DNA of 64,000 bases from a bacterium (GTDB lineage Bacteria; UBA8248), in the NCBI GenBank assembly GCA_965221165.1, contig CBDCRP010000002.1:1417728-1481727 (forward strand). Direction: 5' to 3'. The notes beneath the pieces were generated by a model that saw only the letters and a program-made list of their open reading frames with translations, was not told the origin of the DNA and did no database searches. Shown here one piece after another: positions 8,409 through 18,011 of this stretch. A program made the translations under genes and the position numbers. Every line of letters starts with the position of its first letter. Position 1 is the first letter of the stretch.

Positions 8409-11048
8409 TCAGGAGCGCCCGTCCAGCGCCCGGAGCATCTCCTTGATGCTATCGAGCGATTCTGACGCACCAAGTTCCCGAAAAATACGGCCCGCCTCCG
8501 TCAAGCGCCCACGCGAAGCTTCCCACTCCCGCTCCTCGAAATCCACCCGGCCTAAATTTCCCAGCACCACCGCCTGAGCGAGGGCGTCGTCCAGTTCGCG
8601 ACTAATCACCAGGGCCGTTTCATACGCTTCGCGCGCTTCCGGGAAATCTCCCCGCGCGTAGTGAATGTTCCCCATGCCACTCAAGTTCGCCGCCTCGCTT
8701 TTTCTGTTCTCAAGTCCACGATTCAGGCGCAAGGCATTTTCGTAGTACCGCAGCGCGCGCGTGAATTGCTCTTGCGCCGCAAAGCTCACCCCCATCTGGC
8801 CGAACACTAGGGCTTCACCCGCCTTGTCCCCGGTTTTTTGGCAAAGATTCAAGGCTTCCTCCAGGCTCGTTTGAGCAAGTTCGTACTCCCCCGCCTCGCT
8901 CCGAACGGAAGCCAGCGCGATGTGCGCCCGCGCCTCGCTGCGCCTATTTCCCAATCTGTGATACAAGTGCGCCGCTTCAGAAAAGTGTTCTTTGGCTTTT
9001 CCGTTATCCCCAAAACGGCGCAACAATCGACCGATCCGCATGCGCAAGGTGGAGAGTTGCGTGAGCTCTCCCTGTGGTCCGATGCAACCGAGCGCCTTTT
9101 CGTAGGATTCCGCCGCCCGCGCGTAATCACCCTTGCGCTGATAAAAATACCCCAGATTCCTGTAGATCACCGCCTGTATAGACGCATCCCGGCCCGCTTC
9201 ACGGAAAGCCTCGCGACAATAGGATATCGCGGGCTCCACTTTGTCCCGCAGGCAGGAGGCCACGGCCAGCGCGTTAAGAACGGGCGCGAGCCGACTCGTG
9301 CGCCGCAGTGATTCTTTGAGGTGGTCCGTAGCCTCCTCGTTATGTCCCAGAATCATCTCGATAATAGCCAAGCGCAAGAACTCCTCAGCCGTTGGCGTCT
9401 GACGGCTATTCTCGCGCTGGTCCAGATCAATGCGAGAGGCATTCGCCACCCCCGAGGTCCAGGCGGGAAGAGTTTGATCCATGCTTTCTACCAGAAGTAA
9501 ATCACCCGGGAAAATATCCTCCACGAGTTCACGTATCAATTCAGAGGGCGTGTTCGCTGGAGCCTCATGCGAAGCAGCCGGCAACGAAGCGTCGCCAGTG
9601 CGGGCGAGTTGCTCCACATCATCGTCTAGTGGAAAATCAGGCTCCTCAGCGACGAGTTCCTCTTCAGTTTCCTCATCAGGAGTGTCGCTTCCCGAAAAAG
9701 CTTCATCCTCTCTGCGCTCTCGCTGAATGAGGGAGATGAGATCATCCTCGGGAGCGAGCGCCGGAGCGACTTCCTCTTTCGGCTCTGGACGGGAAGGGAT
9801 ATCTTCGGACTCAAGCGCTCGCACATCGGGGGAAACCTCATAGGCTTCATCCTCATTGAGAGTCATCTCCGCATCCCGAGGCGGTAGGTTTTCTTCCTCT
9901 TGCATCTCCTCCTGGTCCCTGAACCGAGACTCCGGCAGTGATTCCCGCATGGTCTCCGGGGCCTCATCATCCACATCTTCTCCCGCCTCCTGCGCGGGTT
10001 CAGGAAGGATCTCCGCCACGCCCTCACCCTCACGCGTGAGTTGTAGAACCTCGCCTTCTTCCTCATCATGAGGCGCATCGTCGTCGGAAAGCGCAGCATT
10101 GCGGATCTCGCTCACAGCAGGAATCCGCAAGCGCTTGGGAACGTCTGCGTCTTCGCCCGATTCGTCGGCTTCAGGAGCCGCTTCCTTTTTAGCGAGAACA
10201 CCTTCGCCTACGGGCAAGATTCCCGGTTTGGCCGCATTGTCCGCCGCATCCACGAAATCCCCGTATCTTTCCACCAATGAATCCTGCGGTTCTGCAGAAA
10301 CATCTCCCTGCGCATCGGATGAGTCCGCCACCTCAGGTCTGAGGACCTCACGCACCGAGTCTCCCACATTAAGGAGCGGCGCATAACGCTCGGGCGAAAG
10401 TTCTTCTTGCGTTTTTTCATCCAAAATTCGCGTTTCAGGGGCGGCTCCAGCCCCTGCCCGCTCATCTCCCCCGAAAACGGTTCGTGTGTCTTCCACTGGG
10501 TGATGAGAAATATCATCCTCCGGTGATTCGCGCGTCTCATCCGAGGTGACGTCCACCAGTTGGTCCACGGCTCGGCGGTATCCCGCTTCCTGGGGTGCCG
10601 GCAAATCCTCCCACCAGGGCGCGCTTGACTCCACGGTAGGTACATCATCCACTGGAAGCTCAGCCTCCTCATCCTCTTCAAGAAGAACCTCATCTTCGGG
10701 GAGAACCTCGCGCCTCTCCTCTTCGATCACTCGTACACCTTCTTCTATGTCATCCAGCGAACCTAGTAAATTTTCATCCGCCTCGGGGACATCCTCGCGT
10801 TGCGCCGATTCTGCTTTCCCCTCCTCGACATCAGGAATAAAATCCTCGATGAACCGTGATGAAACATCCTCCCAACCGTCAGGCGCGCCACCCCCAGACC
10901 CGCCTTCCAAGAGCCCTCCCCATCTTTGCGCCGAAAGCCCGCTGCGTCTCATGGCACGGCGGCGCATCCACAAAACGACGGGGATGCTCAGCAAGGCGAG
11001 CAAACCCACCACGCCGAACGCCACTTTCCAGGTAACAGCGTCAAACAT
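8409..11048 (-). CDS. membrane-anchored protein with long acidic linker and C-terminal TPR array
   Basis: N-terminal TM (VAFGVVGLLALLSIPVVLW) followed by RRR; about 500 aa rich in Glu/Asp/Pro; then repeats such as NLGYFYQRKGDYARAAESYEKAL and GMGNIHYARGDFPEAREAYETAL. The start overlaps the D-aminoacylase stop. Confidence 0.85.
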   Translation of the reverse strand: MFDAVTWKVAFGVVGLLALLSIPVVLWMRRRAMRRSGLSAQRWGGLLEGGSGGGAPDGWEDVSSRFIEDFIPDVEEGKAESAQREDVPEADENLLGSLDDIEEGVRVIEEERREVLPEDEVLLEEDEEAELPVDDVPTVESSAPWWEDLPAPQEAGYRRAVDQLVDVTSDETRESPEDDISHHPVEDTRTVFGGDERAGAGAAPETRILDEKTQEELSPERYAPLLNVGDSVREVLRPEVADSSDAQGDVSAEPQDSLVERYGDFVDAADNAAKPGILPVGEGVLAKKEAAPEADESGEDADVPKRLRIPAVSEIRNAALSDDDAPHDEEEGEVLQLTREGEGVAEILPEPAQEAGEDVDDEAPETMRESLPESRFRDQEEMQEEENLPPRDAEMTLNEDEAYEVSPDVRALESEDIPSRPEPKEEVAPALAPEDDLISLIQRERREDEAFSGSDTPDEETEEELVAEEPDFPLDDDVEQLARTGDASLPAASHEAPANTPSELIRELVEDIFPGDLLLVESMDQTLPAWTSGVANASRIDLDQRENSRQTPTAEEFLRLAIIEMILGHNEEATDHLKESLRRTSRLAPVLNALAVASCLRDKVEPAISYCREAFREAGRDASIQAVIYRNLGYFYQRKGDYARAAESYEKALGCIGPQGELTQLSTLRMRIGRLLRRFGDNGKAKEHFSEAAHLYHRLGNRRSEARAHIALASVRSEAGEYELAQTSLEEALNLCQKTGDKAGEALVFGQMGVSFAAQEQFTRALRYYENALRLNRGLENRKSEAANLSGMGNIHYARGDFPEAREAYETALVISRELDDALAQAVVLGNLGRVDFEEREWEASRGRLTEAGRIFRELGASESLDSIKEMLRALDGRS

Positions 11049-12648
11049 TCGCCTTCCTCCGTCGGAAAAGTTTGCGCAGTGCTCGGCCCGGGCGCGCTCC
11101 GGTATGGGTTCCCCCTTCCACGACAACCTCACCGTTCACGAGGACCATCTCGACGCCAGAAGGATACGCGATGGGACGCTCATAAGTGCACTCATCGCGT
11201 ATCTCGTCCGGATCGAACAACACGAGATCGGCCTTCATCCCTATCGCTAGACGTCCCCGATCCGCTATGCCCAGCCGATCGCAGGGAGCGGAGGTCATCT
11301 TCCGTATCGCCTCGGTGAGCGGGAACAGGCCCTCGTCTCGCGCCAGCGCGCCCAAGACAAAGGGAAAAGTGCCGAAATTTCTCGGGTGAGGCCTGCCCGC
11401 GCCCAGGGGCGGCTCGTGCGTGAGCGCGCCCGCGTCCGAACCCACCATGACGTAGGGCTTGCCGAGAATGCGCCGCATGTTCTCCGCACTCATCATGAAA
11501 ATGAGAATCTCGACGTTCATCCTCTCCTCGATCAGCAAATCGAGCATCGCATCCACGGGGGCCTCGCCTCGGGTCTCGCCCAGGCGCGCGAGGGTGAGGC
11601 CCTCGCAAGGCTGATTCGCCTCCGTGAACACCCGGCTGATCAGGATGTTCTCCCAATAGGAGGGCTCGGGGTGCGCTTGTATGATTTCGCCCCTTATCCT
11701 CGCCCTGGTTTCCGAGTCCGCGAGACGCTCCACCTTCTCATCAACAGCGCCGTCATGCGCCCAATCGGGCAGGAGCGCGCTCAAGTGGGTGTTCGAGGCC
11801 GTGTAGGGATAGCGATCACAGGTGACGTCCTCTCCCCTCTCTCTCGCGCGTTCGATGCGGGTGAAGGCCTCGTCGAGCTTGTCCCAATTCCGCTCGCCCG
11901 CCGTCTTCAAATGGCTGATCTGGAGCGGCAGCCCAGCCGATGCGGCCGTGCCAATCACCTCGTCCATCGCCTCTAGCAGCGCATCTCCCTCGCTGCGCAT
12001 GTGGGTAGCCAGCAGTCCCCTGCCTCGCGCCGAAACCCGGCAAAGGGCCATGAGTTCACTCTTATCCGCGAAGCAAGCCGGCGCATACACCAATCCGGTG
12101 GACAAGCCAAAAGCCCCCTGCCTCATCCCCACGGCGAACATTTCCTCCATCGCGGCAAGTTCCTCCGCGCGAGCCGGGCGTGCCTCGCCGCCCATGACGC
12201 TCGCTCGAATCGTATTGTGGCCTGCCAGATGGGCGTAGTTAATCGATACACCCACCTCGTCGAGGCGATCAAGATGCTCGCCCACACTCTGAAACGAGAG
12301 GTCCAGATCGAATTGTTCCCCATACCATTTCTTACGCTCCTCGAACTCAGCCCCGTAAATCGGGGAGGCGGCGTAGCCGCAGTTGCCACCCACGTCGGTC
12401 GTCACTCCTTGGCGGACTTTCGCGTGTGCCTCGGGGTTGATGAGGATGTAGTAATCCGAATGGCCGTGAATATCGACGAACCCCGGACTTAAGGCCAGAC
12501 CTCTCGCGTCGACCTCACGACGGGCGAAGCCACTCACTTCGGGGCCCACATCTGCGATGAGATTTCCGCGAACGGCAAGCGCACCCTCATAAGGGGCCTT
12601 GCCCAGACCATCAAATATCGTGGCATGGTGAAATATGACATCATACAT
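11041..12648 (-). CDS. N-acyl-D-amino-acid deacylase (D-aminoacylase)
   Basis: Motifs PGFVDIHGHSD, GNCG, HMRSEG, SHLK, GSD and HPRNFGTFP. Confidence 0.92.
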   Translation of the reverse strand: MYDVIFHHATIFDGLGKAPYEGALAVRGNLIADVGPEVSGFARREVDARGLALSPGFVDIHGHSDYYILINPEAHAKVRQGVTTDVGGNCGYAASPIYGAEFEERKKWYGEQFDLDLSFQSVGEHLDRLDEVGVSINYAHLAGHNTIRASVMGGEARPARAEELAAMEEMFAVGMRQGAFGLSTGLVYAPACFADKSELMALCRVSARGRGLLATHMRSEGDALLEAMDEVIGTAASAGLPLQISHLKTAGERNWDKLDEAFTRIERARERGEDVTCDRYPYTASNTHLSALLPDWAHDGAVDEKVERLADSETRARIRGEIIQAHPEPSYWENILISRVFTEANQPCEGLTLARLGETRGEAPVDAMLDLLIEERMNVEILIFMMSAENMRRILGKPYVMVGSDAGALTHEPPLGAGRPHPRNFGTFPFVLGALARDEGLFPLTEAIRKMTSAPCDRLGIADRGRLAIGMKADLVLFDPDEIRDECTYERPIAYPSGVEMVLVNGEVVVEGGTHTGARPGRALRKLFRRRKANV

Positions 12649-12717
12649 TGCGGACTGTCCGTGGCGGATTAGACTCGAACGTCGACAGCAGCAGCAGAAA
12701 CAATTATGAGCGAATCC

Positions 12718-13932
12718 TCATCCGCCTGCAATCGGCGCCGGGCCAGATATCCACGATCCCCCTAACATCACAGCAATCAGTTCCAGTGAATCGGAATCGA
12801 GAGCGCAAAAATCCGCTCGCCGACCCGGAGCGAGACATCCCCACACGGATTCCATGCCAAGGACACACGCAGGGTTTCGCGTGGCCGTCGTCAGGGCGCA
12901 AGCGATCTCGAGCCCGCCCCATTCCCGAAAGCGGGGAAGCATCCGCGAGAGCGTGAGCCGGCTGCCGCTCAATACGCCCTCGCGCCTTAAGGCGTCGCCC
13001 AGCATCTCGTCGCTCGTCTCCTCCGCGTCCGCTTGGGGCCTTAAACCCCCATCGGCCACGAGATCCGAAGTGAGGACCGTCCTCTCCCAGCCCCTGGCGC
13101 GAACGAAAGATGCGAGCGCTCGCGGGGCCAAGTGCACGCCGTCCGCTATAAGGCCGGCGGAGAGCCTCGAATCGTTCTGCACGAAATCCATGGGCGAGGC
13201 GCTCCTGTGCGCAGGAGTCTCCGGATGCCCGTAGCGATTGAACGCATGAACCGCGAATGCGCAGCCCGCCTCCAAAAACGCCTCCACGCAGGCGGCCTCG
13301 GCCTCCGTGTGCCCCATGGCAGGGACGACACCATTCTCCGCCAGCCAGCGGACGAAGTCCGAGGCGTCCGCCGCACCGGGGGAGAGCGTCACCATGGCCA
13401 ACCCGGGCGCGCCGTCCACTCCCAACCCCCCGGCGGCCCGGGCGATCGCCTCGATCTCTTTTCTCGATGGCGCGCGGATATGCTCTCGCGGATGCGCCCC
13501 CCCCATACGCGGCTCCAGATAAGGACCCTCCAGGTGAACGCCCAGGATTCGCGCCTCGGCCCTGCCTTCTTCTTGAAGCGCCCACGCTTCCCTCACTGCG
13601 CCAGCCGCGCGAATCAACTCCTCCCGAGGGGCCGTGGTAATGGTAGGCAAAAAAGCGGTGGTTCCGCACCTCGCCAATTCCCGGGCGATTCGCCGGATAC
13701 CGGCAGCGCTCGCCGTGAGCACCGCATCCGCCCCCAGACCGTTGACCTGAAGATCCAGGAAGCCGGGGCACACGAGCGCGCCTCCTAAGTCGAGTACCCG
13801 GGCCTCGGGAGGCAAAGGATGCGCGCCGCGCGGCCCCACATACGAAAAAACGCCCTCCTCGATGACGAGGAGGGCGTCCACTATTCTTTCGAGCGGCGTA
13901 TAAGCCGTCACGCCCACGAGGCACAGAGCCAT
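12718..13932 (-). CDS. nagA: N-acetylglucosamine-6-phosphate deacetylase
   Basis: Motifs PGFLDLQVNG, GTTAFLPT, GVHLEGPYL, GAH, GHT, HAFN and IADGVH. Confidence 0.9.
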   Translation of the reverse strand: MALCLVGVTAYTPLERIVDALLVIEEGVFSYVGPRGAHPLPPEARVLDLGGALVCPGFLDLQVNGLGADAVLTASAAGIRRIARELARCGTTAFLPTITTAPREELIRAAGAVREAWALQEEGRAEARILGVHLEGPYLEPRMGGAHPREHIRAPSRKEIEAIARAAGGLGVDGAPGLAMVTLSPGAADASDFVRWLAENGVVPAMGHTEAEAACVEAFLEAGCAFAVHAFNRYGHPETPAHRSASPMDFVQNDSRLSAGLIADGVHLAPRALASFVRARGWERTVLTSDLVADGGLRPQADAEETSDEMLGDALRREGVLSGSRLTLSRMLPRFREWGGLEIACALTTATRNPACVLGMESVWGCLAPGRRADFCALDSDSLELIAVMLGGSWISGPAPIAGG

Positions 13933-13941
13933 GATGCGGGC

Positions 13942-14547
13942 CTACTTCTTCTTTTCGCTTTTCTTCAGTTCCGCGCGCACCTTCTCGTTCGCGTCGATGA
14001 GCGACTCGACGTTCTCCCGCGCCACCTCGTACAGGGAGAATTGCACCCGTTCGAGTATCAGGCGGCCTGCCAGAGTGGTGACGCCCGGAATCTTGGGCGG
14101 TATCTCCTTCTTACCCGAGCCTTTCGCAATCTCCTCGATGTCCTTTAGGACCTCCCGGTCGTCGTAGAGTTCCTCCCCCTCATACTGGTAGGTGAGCTTC
14201 ACGTAATCTCTTTCTTTTCTTTCCTGATCGCGCGTTTCACGGACGATGTTCTCCATGTCGGCGGAAACGGGTTTTTTCGCCGATTCGTTGCGTTTCTCGA
14301 TCTGCTGGAAATACTTGGCGTGATCGTAGGATTCGGACAACTCCTCGCCCGGTATCTTCGAGCTGATCTCGAAGCGTATCGCCTTGTCCACATCCACGAA
14401 TTTCGGCGGGCCGATTTCGTAGGTAATGCCCTCGACGTTGAACCGATCTCCCTTCTTGGGCTCGAACTTCTTCTGTAAGTCTTTCGTTAAGCGGTTAAGC
14501 GAAACAGAAGCGGTTTGCACAAAAAGCTGCGCTTGAAGTGAAGACAT
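13942..14547 (-). CDS. hypothetical protein (201 aa), first gene of the nagA operon
   Basis: Starts MSSLQAQLFVQ after GAGGAG, has normal protein composition, and ends 9 bp before nagA. The longer ORF-track version is antisense to dctP. Confidence 0.8.
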   Translation of the reverse strand: MSSLQAQLFVQTASVSLNRLTKDLQKKFEPKKGDRFNVEGITYEIGPPKFVDVDKAIRFEISSKIPGEELSESYDHAKYFQQIEKRNESAKKPVSADMENIVRETRDQERKERDYVKLTYQYEGEELYDDREVLKDIEEIAKGSGKKEIPPKIPGVTTLAGRLILERVQFSLYEVARENVESLIDANEKVRAELKKSEKKK

Positions 14548-14757
14548 TTTTTGTATCTCCTCGGCTCGAAGGACAAATCGAAGATGGAACATGCCCCAGC
14601 GCGACGAATGCGTCAAGACCTCGGGAGGTGTTTCGGGAGCCCATCCGACAATAATGATAGCCCCCATATTCCCATCGGCATAGGAGGATATATGTGATAT
14701 TGTCGCGCTATTCAAGCGCGCCCTATCTCTATATCCCAGAAAAAGGAGCGAATTCAG

Positions 14758-15684
14758 ATGGCCGAGCCGGTCCACATCCGCATCGGGGGCTATTCCCCGC
14801 CCGATACCTCCCACAGCCGCGCGATGATTCTCTTCGGGGAGAAGATGGCCGAACGGCTGGGCGACGGCGTCAAGACGGACATCTTCTGGAACGTGATGGA
14901 TTTCGGCTACGGCGCGCCCGACCTGCTCGCCATGGTGGAATGCGGGATGCTTGGCATGTGTTATTTCTCGACGAGCTATCTCGCCGACAGGGTGCCTGAA
15001 CTGGAAATCGTCGACCTGCCCTTTTTGTTCGAGGATTCCGCCCACGCCTACGGCGCGCTCGACGGCGCACTCGGCGCGCATCTCACCGAGCGAATCGAAG
15101 CGCAGACGGGCTACAAGAACCTGGGCTTTTGGGACAACGGATTCCGCCATCTCTCGAACAGCGTCCGCGACGTGAGAACGCCGGACGATTGCCGGGGTCT
15201 GCGGATCCGCCTGCAGCCCAACGAGACGCACGTGAAGACCTTCGAACTCCTCGGAGCCGAGGCCATGCCGGTGGAGCTCAAGGAAGGAATCGCCATGATC
15301 GAATCGGGCGAGGTGAACGCGCAGGAAAACCCCCTTTCGAACACCGTCACCTACGGCGTCACGAACCACCAAAGGCGCATCACGATGAGCGGCCACTTCT
15401 ACGGCGCGCGCGCCCTGCTCATCCACCGGGAGAGCTTCGACGCCTGGCCCGCCCAGGTCCAAGAGGCGGCGCGCGCCTGCATCCGAGAAGCCATCGACCA
15501 CCAAAGAGAAGCCGCCCAGGCGGGGGAGATCGCGATTCGCCGGAGCCTCGAGGAAGAAGGCGTCTCCTTCGTGGACCTGACGGATGAGGAGCGCGCGGCG
15601 TTTGCGGACGCCACGGAACCCATTCGCGCCATAGCCAGGGAAAGGCTTGGAGACGCGCTGTTCGATTTGGCGATGAGGAAATAG
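14758..15684 (+). CDS. TRAP transporter substrate-binding protein (DctP family)
   Basis: Motifs DLPFLFED, GFWDNGFRHL, GLRIR and VNAQENP. Confidence 0.9.
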   Translation: MAEPVHIRIGGYSPPDTSHSRAMILFGEKMAERLGDGVKTDIFWNVMDFGYGAPDLLAMVECGMLGMCYFSTSYLADRVPELEIVDLPFLFEDSAHAYGALDGALGAHLTERIEAQTGYKNLGFWDNGFRHLSNSVRDVRTPDDCRGLRIRLQPNETHVKTFELLGAEAMPVELKEGIAMIESGEVNAQENPLSNTVTYGVTNHQRRITMSGHFYGARALLIHRESFDAWPAQVQEAARACIREAIDHQREAAQAGEIAIRRSLEEEGVSFVDLTDEERAAFADATEPIRAIARERLGDALFDLAMRK

Positions 15685-15806
15685 GAAAAGCGCGGTGCGG
15701 CTGAGCCTCGCCCGGTCCTCCTCGCCATCGCGCTCCCACTCCGGTTAGAATCTACACCTTGCAGCGCGAAGTGAGAACAGGTTCTTCATAGAAGGCGCGG
15801 AAAACC

Positions 15807-16796
15807 TTGCGTGTATTCTACATCGCCGCATGTCTGGTCGGCATCATCATCCTTGGTACGGCCGGCTACATCGCAATCGAGGGGTGGTCGCTCGTCGATT
15901 CTTTTTATATGACGATAATCACCCTCACGACGGTGGGCTACGGCGAGGTGCGCGGGTTGAGTACGATAGGACGCATGTTCACTGTGGCGCTTCTGCTCGT
16001 GGGCGTGGGCGCCGTATTCTACGGCACTGCGAGCATCGCCGAAGCGAGGCTCGAAGAGCGGATACGTCAGATTTTCGGGAGGCGGAAACTGGTGAGAGAA
16101 CTCAAAAAGCTCGAAGGTCATCACATCATCTGCGGGTATGGGCGCATCGGCTCCACCATCGCGGGAGAATACGCCAGAGAGTCGCTGCCCTACGTCATCA
16201 TCGAGAGTGACGAGGCCACCGCCACCCACCTCGATCAGGAGGGACACCTCGTGATTCTCGGTGACGCCACACTCGATGAAACACTCATCGAGGCGAACGT
16301 GGAGAAAGCCCGAAGCCTCGTCTGCGCCCTGCCCACGGATGCGGAAAACGTGTTCGTCACCCTCACGGCGAGGGCGTTGAACCCCAACCTCTTCATCCTG
16401 AGCCGCGCTGCGATAGAAAGCTCCATCGGAAAAATGGAGACAGCCGGGGCAGACCACGTGGTCTCACCCTACATCATGGGCGGCATGCGCATGGCGCAGT
16501 CCGTTCTGAGGCCCAAGTTCGCCGGCTTCCTAGACGAAGTCACCAGCCACGCGACGGAGGACCTAGATTTCGAGGAAGTGGACGTGCCCGAAGGGTCGGA
16601 CCTGGTCGGCATGGCTCTCAGGGAATCGAAGATCAGCCAGGACACCGGCGTCTACCTGCTATCCATCCGCCAGAGCAGCGGGGAGATGCGCTTCAACCCG
16701 GGGCCTGATTTTCAAATCCAAGCGGGAGACCACCTCTACGCCCTGGGCACGCCCGCGCAAGTGGAATCCCTGCGCAAGCGCGTTCACGAGAAGTAG
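15807..16796 (+). CDS. potassium channel with TrkA-N/TrkA-C (RCK) domains
   Basis: TTVGYG selectivity filter, CGYGRIG Rossmann motif and GDAT. Confidence 0.93.
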   Translation: MRVFYIAACLVGIIILGTAGYIAIEGWSLVDSFYMTIITLTTVGYGEVRGLSTIGRMFTVALLLVGVGAVFYGTASIAEARLEERIRQIFGRRKLVRELKKLEGHHIICGYGRIGSTIAGEYARESLPYVIIESDEATATHLDQEGHLVILGDATLDETLIEANVEKARSLVCALPTDAENVFVTLTARALNPNLFILSRAAIESSIGKMETAGADHVVSPYIMGGMRMAQSVLRPKFAGFLDEVTSHATEDLDFEEVDVPEGSDLVGMALRESKISQDTGVYLLSIRQSSGEMRFNPGPDFQIQAGDHLYALGTPAQVESLRKRVHEK

Positions 16797-16808
16797 CAAG
16801 CGCTCCTG

Positions 16809-17543
16809 TTAGCCAAGAGCGTTCAGTTTCAAACCCTCCGCCAGACGCAGGAGTTTGGCTGCGGCCTCGGTTCCCGGAGCTGCACGCGCCATAATCTCAT
16901 CCGCCCCCGCCAGGTGGGGAATCACGCCCAGAAGCGGGGCGTCCTCCCCGCAAAGCTCGGCGATGGCCGCCGGATTTCGCTCCGACGCCGGTGTGACTTC
17001 CCCCGTCGTGTCGGATAAGATGACGCCCAGAACATCGAGACCCTGCCTCTCGGCCTCCCGTACGCTCAAAAGAGTGTGGTTGATGGTCCCGAGCCCCAGC
17101 GGGGCGACTATAACCAAAGGCAGATTCGCGCGGCACGCCAAATCGCTCATCAAGACCCCCTCGGCCAAGGGGGCGAGAAGGCCACCCGCTCCCTCGACGA
17201 GCATGGGTCTCCCTTCTTGTCGGAGCGCTTCTATCGAACCTGCGATGCGTTCTAAATCCGGCGGAGCGCCCTCGCGCTCGGCCGCGTGAGCGGGGGTCAA
17301 GGGAATTTCGTATCTGTAGGGACAAATCTCATCCACGGGCCGCGGATCGCCCGCAGCTGTCCTGAGCGCCAGAGCGTCGCGGGGAACGAGGTGTCCTCCC
17401 TCGAGCGTGCAGCCCGATTCGGCCGGCTTCATCACCCTGGGGCTTCTGCCCTGCGCCGCCCAGTGAGCCGCGATAATACAGCCCGCCACCGTCTTCCCCA
17501 CGCCGGTTCCCGTTCCGGTCAAAAAAATGGCAATATCGGACAT
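16809..17543 (-). CDS. bioD: dethiobiotin synthase
   Basis: Motifs FLTGTGTGVGKT, KPAESG, VEGAGG and LGTINHTLL. Confidence 0.95.
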   Translation of the reverse strand: MSDIAIFLTGTGTGVGKTVAGCIIAAHWAAQGRSPRVMKPAESGCTLEGGHLVPRDALALRTAAGDPRPVDEICPYRYEIPLTPAHAAEREGAPPDLERIAGSIEALRQEGRPMLVEGAGGLLAPLAEGVLMSDLACRANLPLVIVAPLGLGTINHTLLSVREAERQGLDVLGVILSDTTGEVTPASERNPAAIAELCGEDAPLLGVIPHLAGADEIMARAAPGTEAAAKLLRLAEGLKLNALG

Positions 17544-17570
17544 CGGGTGAACCTCAAGAGGAGCCTGAAA

Positions 17571-17801
17571 ATGACGCGCGCCAAAACCATCGACCTCACG
17601 GGCGAAATGTGCCCCATGAACTGGGTGCGGACCAAGCTCGCGCTCGAGGCGATGGCGCCGAGCGATACGATCGAAGTATGGCTCGACGCGGGCGAGGCCG
17701 CCACCAGCGTCCCCAAAAGCGCGGCCGCCGAGGGCCACACCATTCAGAGCACGACACCGGATGAGGAAGGCCGCGTCCGCGTCGTGATAAGGAAGAGGTG
17801 A
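17571..17801 (+). CDS. TusA/SirA-family sulfur carrier
   Basis: 76 aa with IDLTGEMCPMNWVRTK (CPx motif); RBS GAGGAG. Confidence 0.88.
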   Translation: MTRAKTIDLTGEMCPMNWVRTKLALEAMAPSDTIEVWLDAGEAATSVPKSAAAEGHTIQSTTPDEEGRVRVVIRKR

Positions 17802-17845
17802 AACTTCTTACTTATGGGTAAGCCTTCGGACAGTCTTTAATATCC

Positions 17846-18004
17846 TGCCAAATAGCGTGTCAAATAGTACGCCAAGTAGTACGCCAAATAGTGAAAATTT
17901 AAGAGCATTCTTATCAAATATAATTTGACAAACATATTATAATCATATATTTATAATTTTATATGCGCTGCCAAATAGCGTGTCAAATAACATGTCAAAT
18001 AGGA
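17846..18004 (+). repeat. two arrays of 12-bp direct repeats (4 + 3 copies, consensus YGYCAAATAGYR) flanking an AT-rich promoter region
   Basis: TGCCAAATAGCG TGTCAAATAGTA CGCCAAGTAGTA CGCCAAATAGTG at 17846-17893; TGCCAAATAGCG TGTCAAATAACA TGTCAAATAGGA at 17969-18004. Confidence 0.9.
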
Positions 18005-18011
18005 AGTAAAA

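Noticed and set aside
13942-15504. 520-aa minus-strand ORF in the track
   Set aside because: Most of the 5' part is antisense to dctP; only 13942-14547 has an RBS and protein-like composition.
17846-18004. 12-bp repeats as a CRISPR array or as a short Cys-rich peptide (MRCQIACQITCQIG...)
   Set aside because: The repeats are contiguous with no spacers and no cas genes. The 26-codon ORF has no RBS and overlaps the fic start out of frame.
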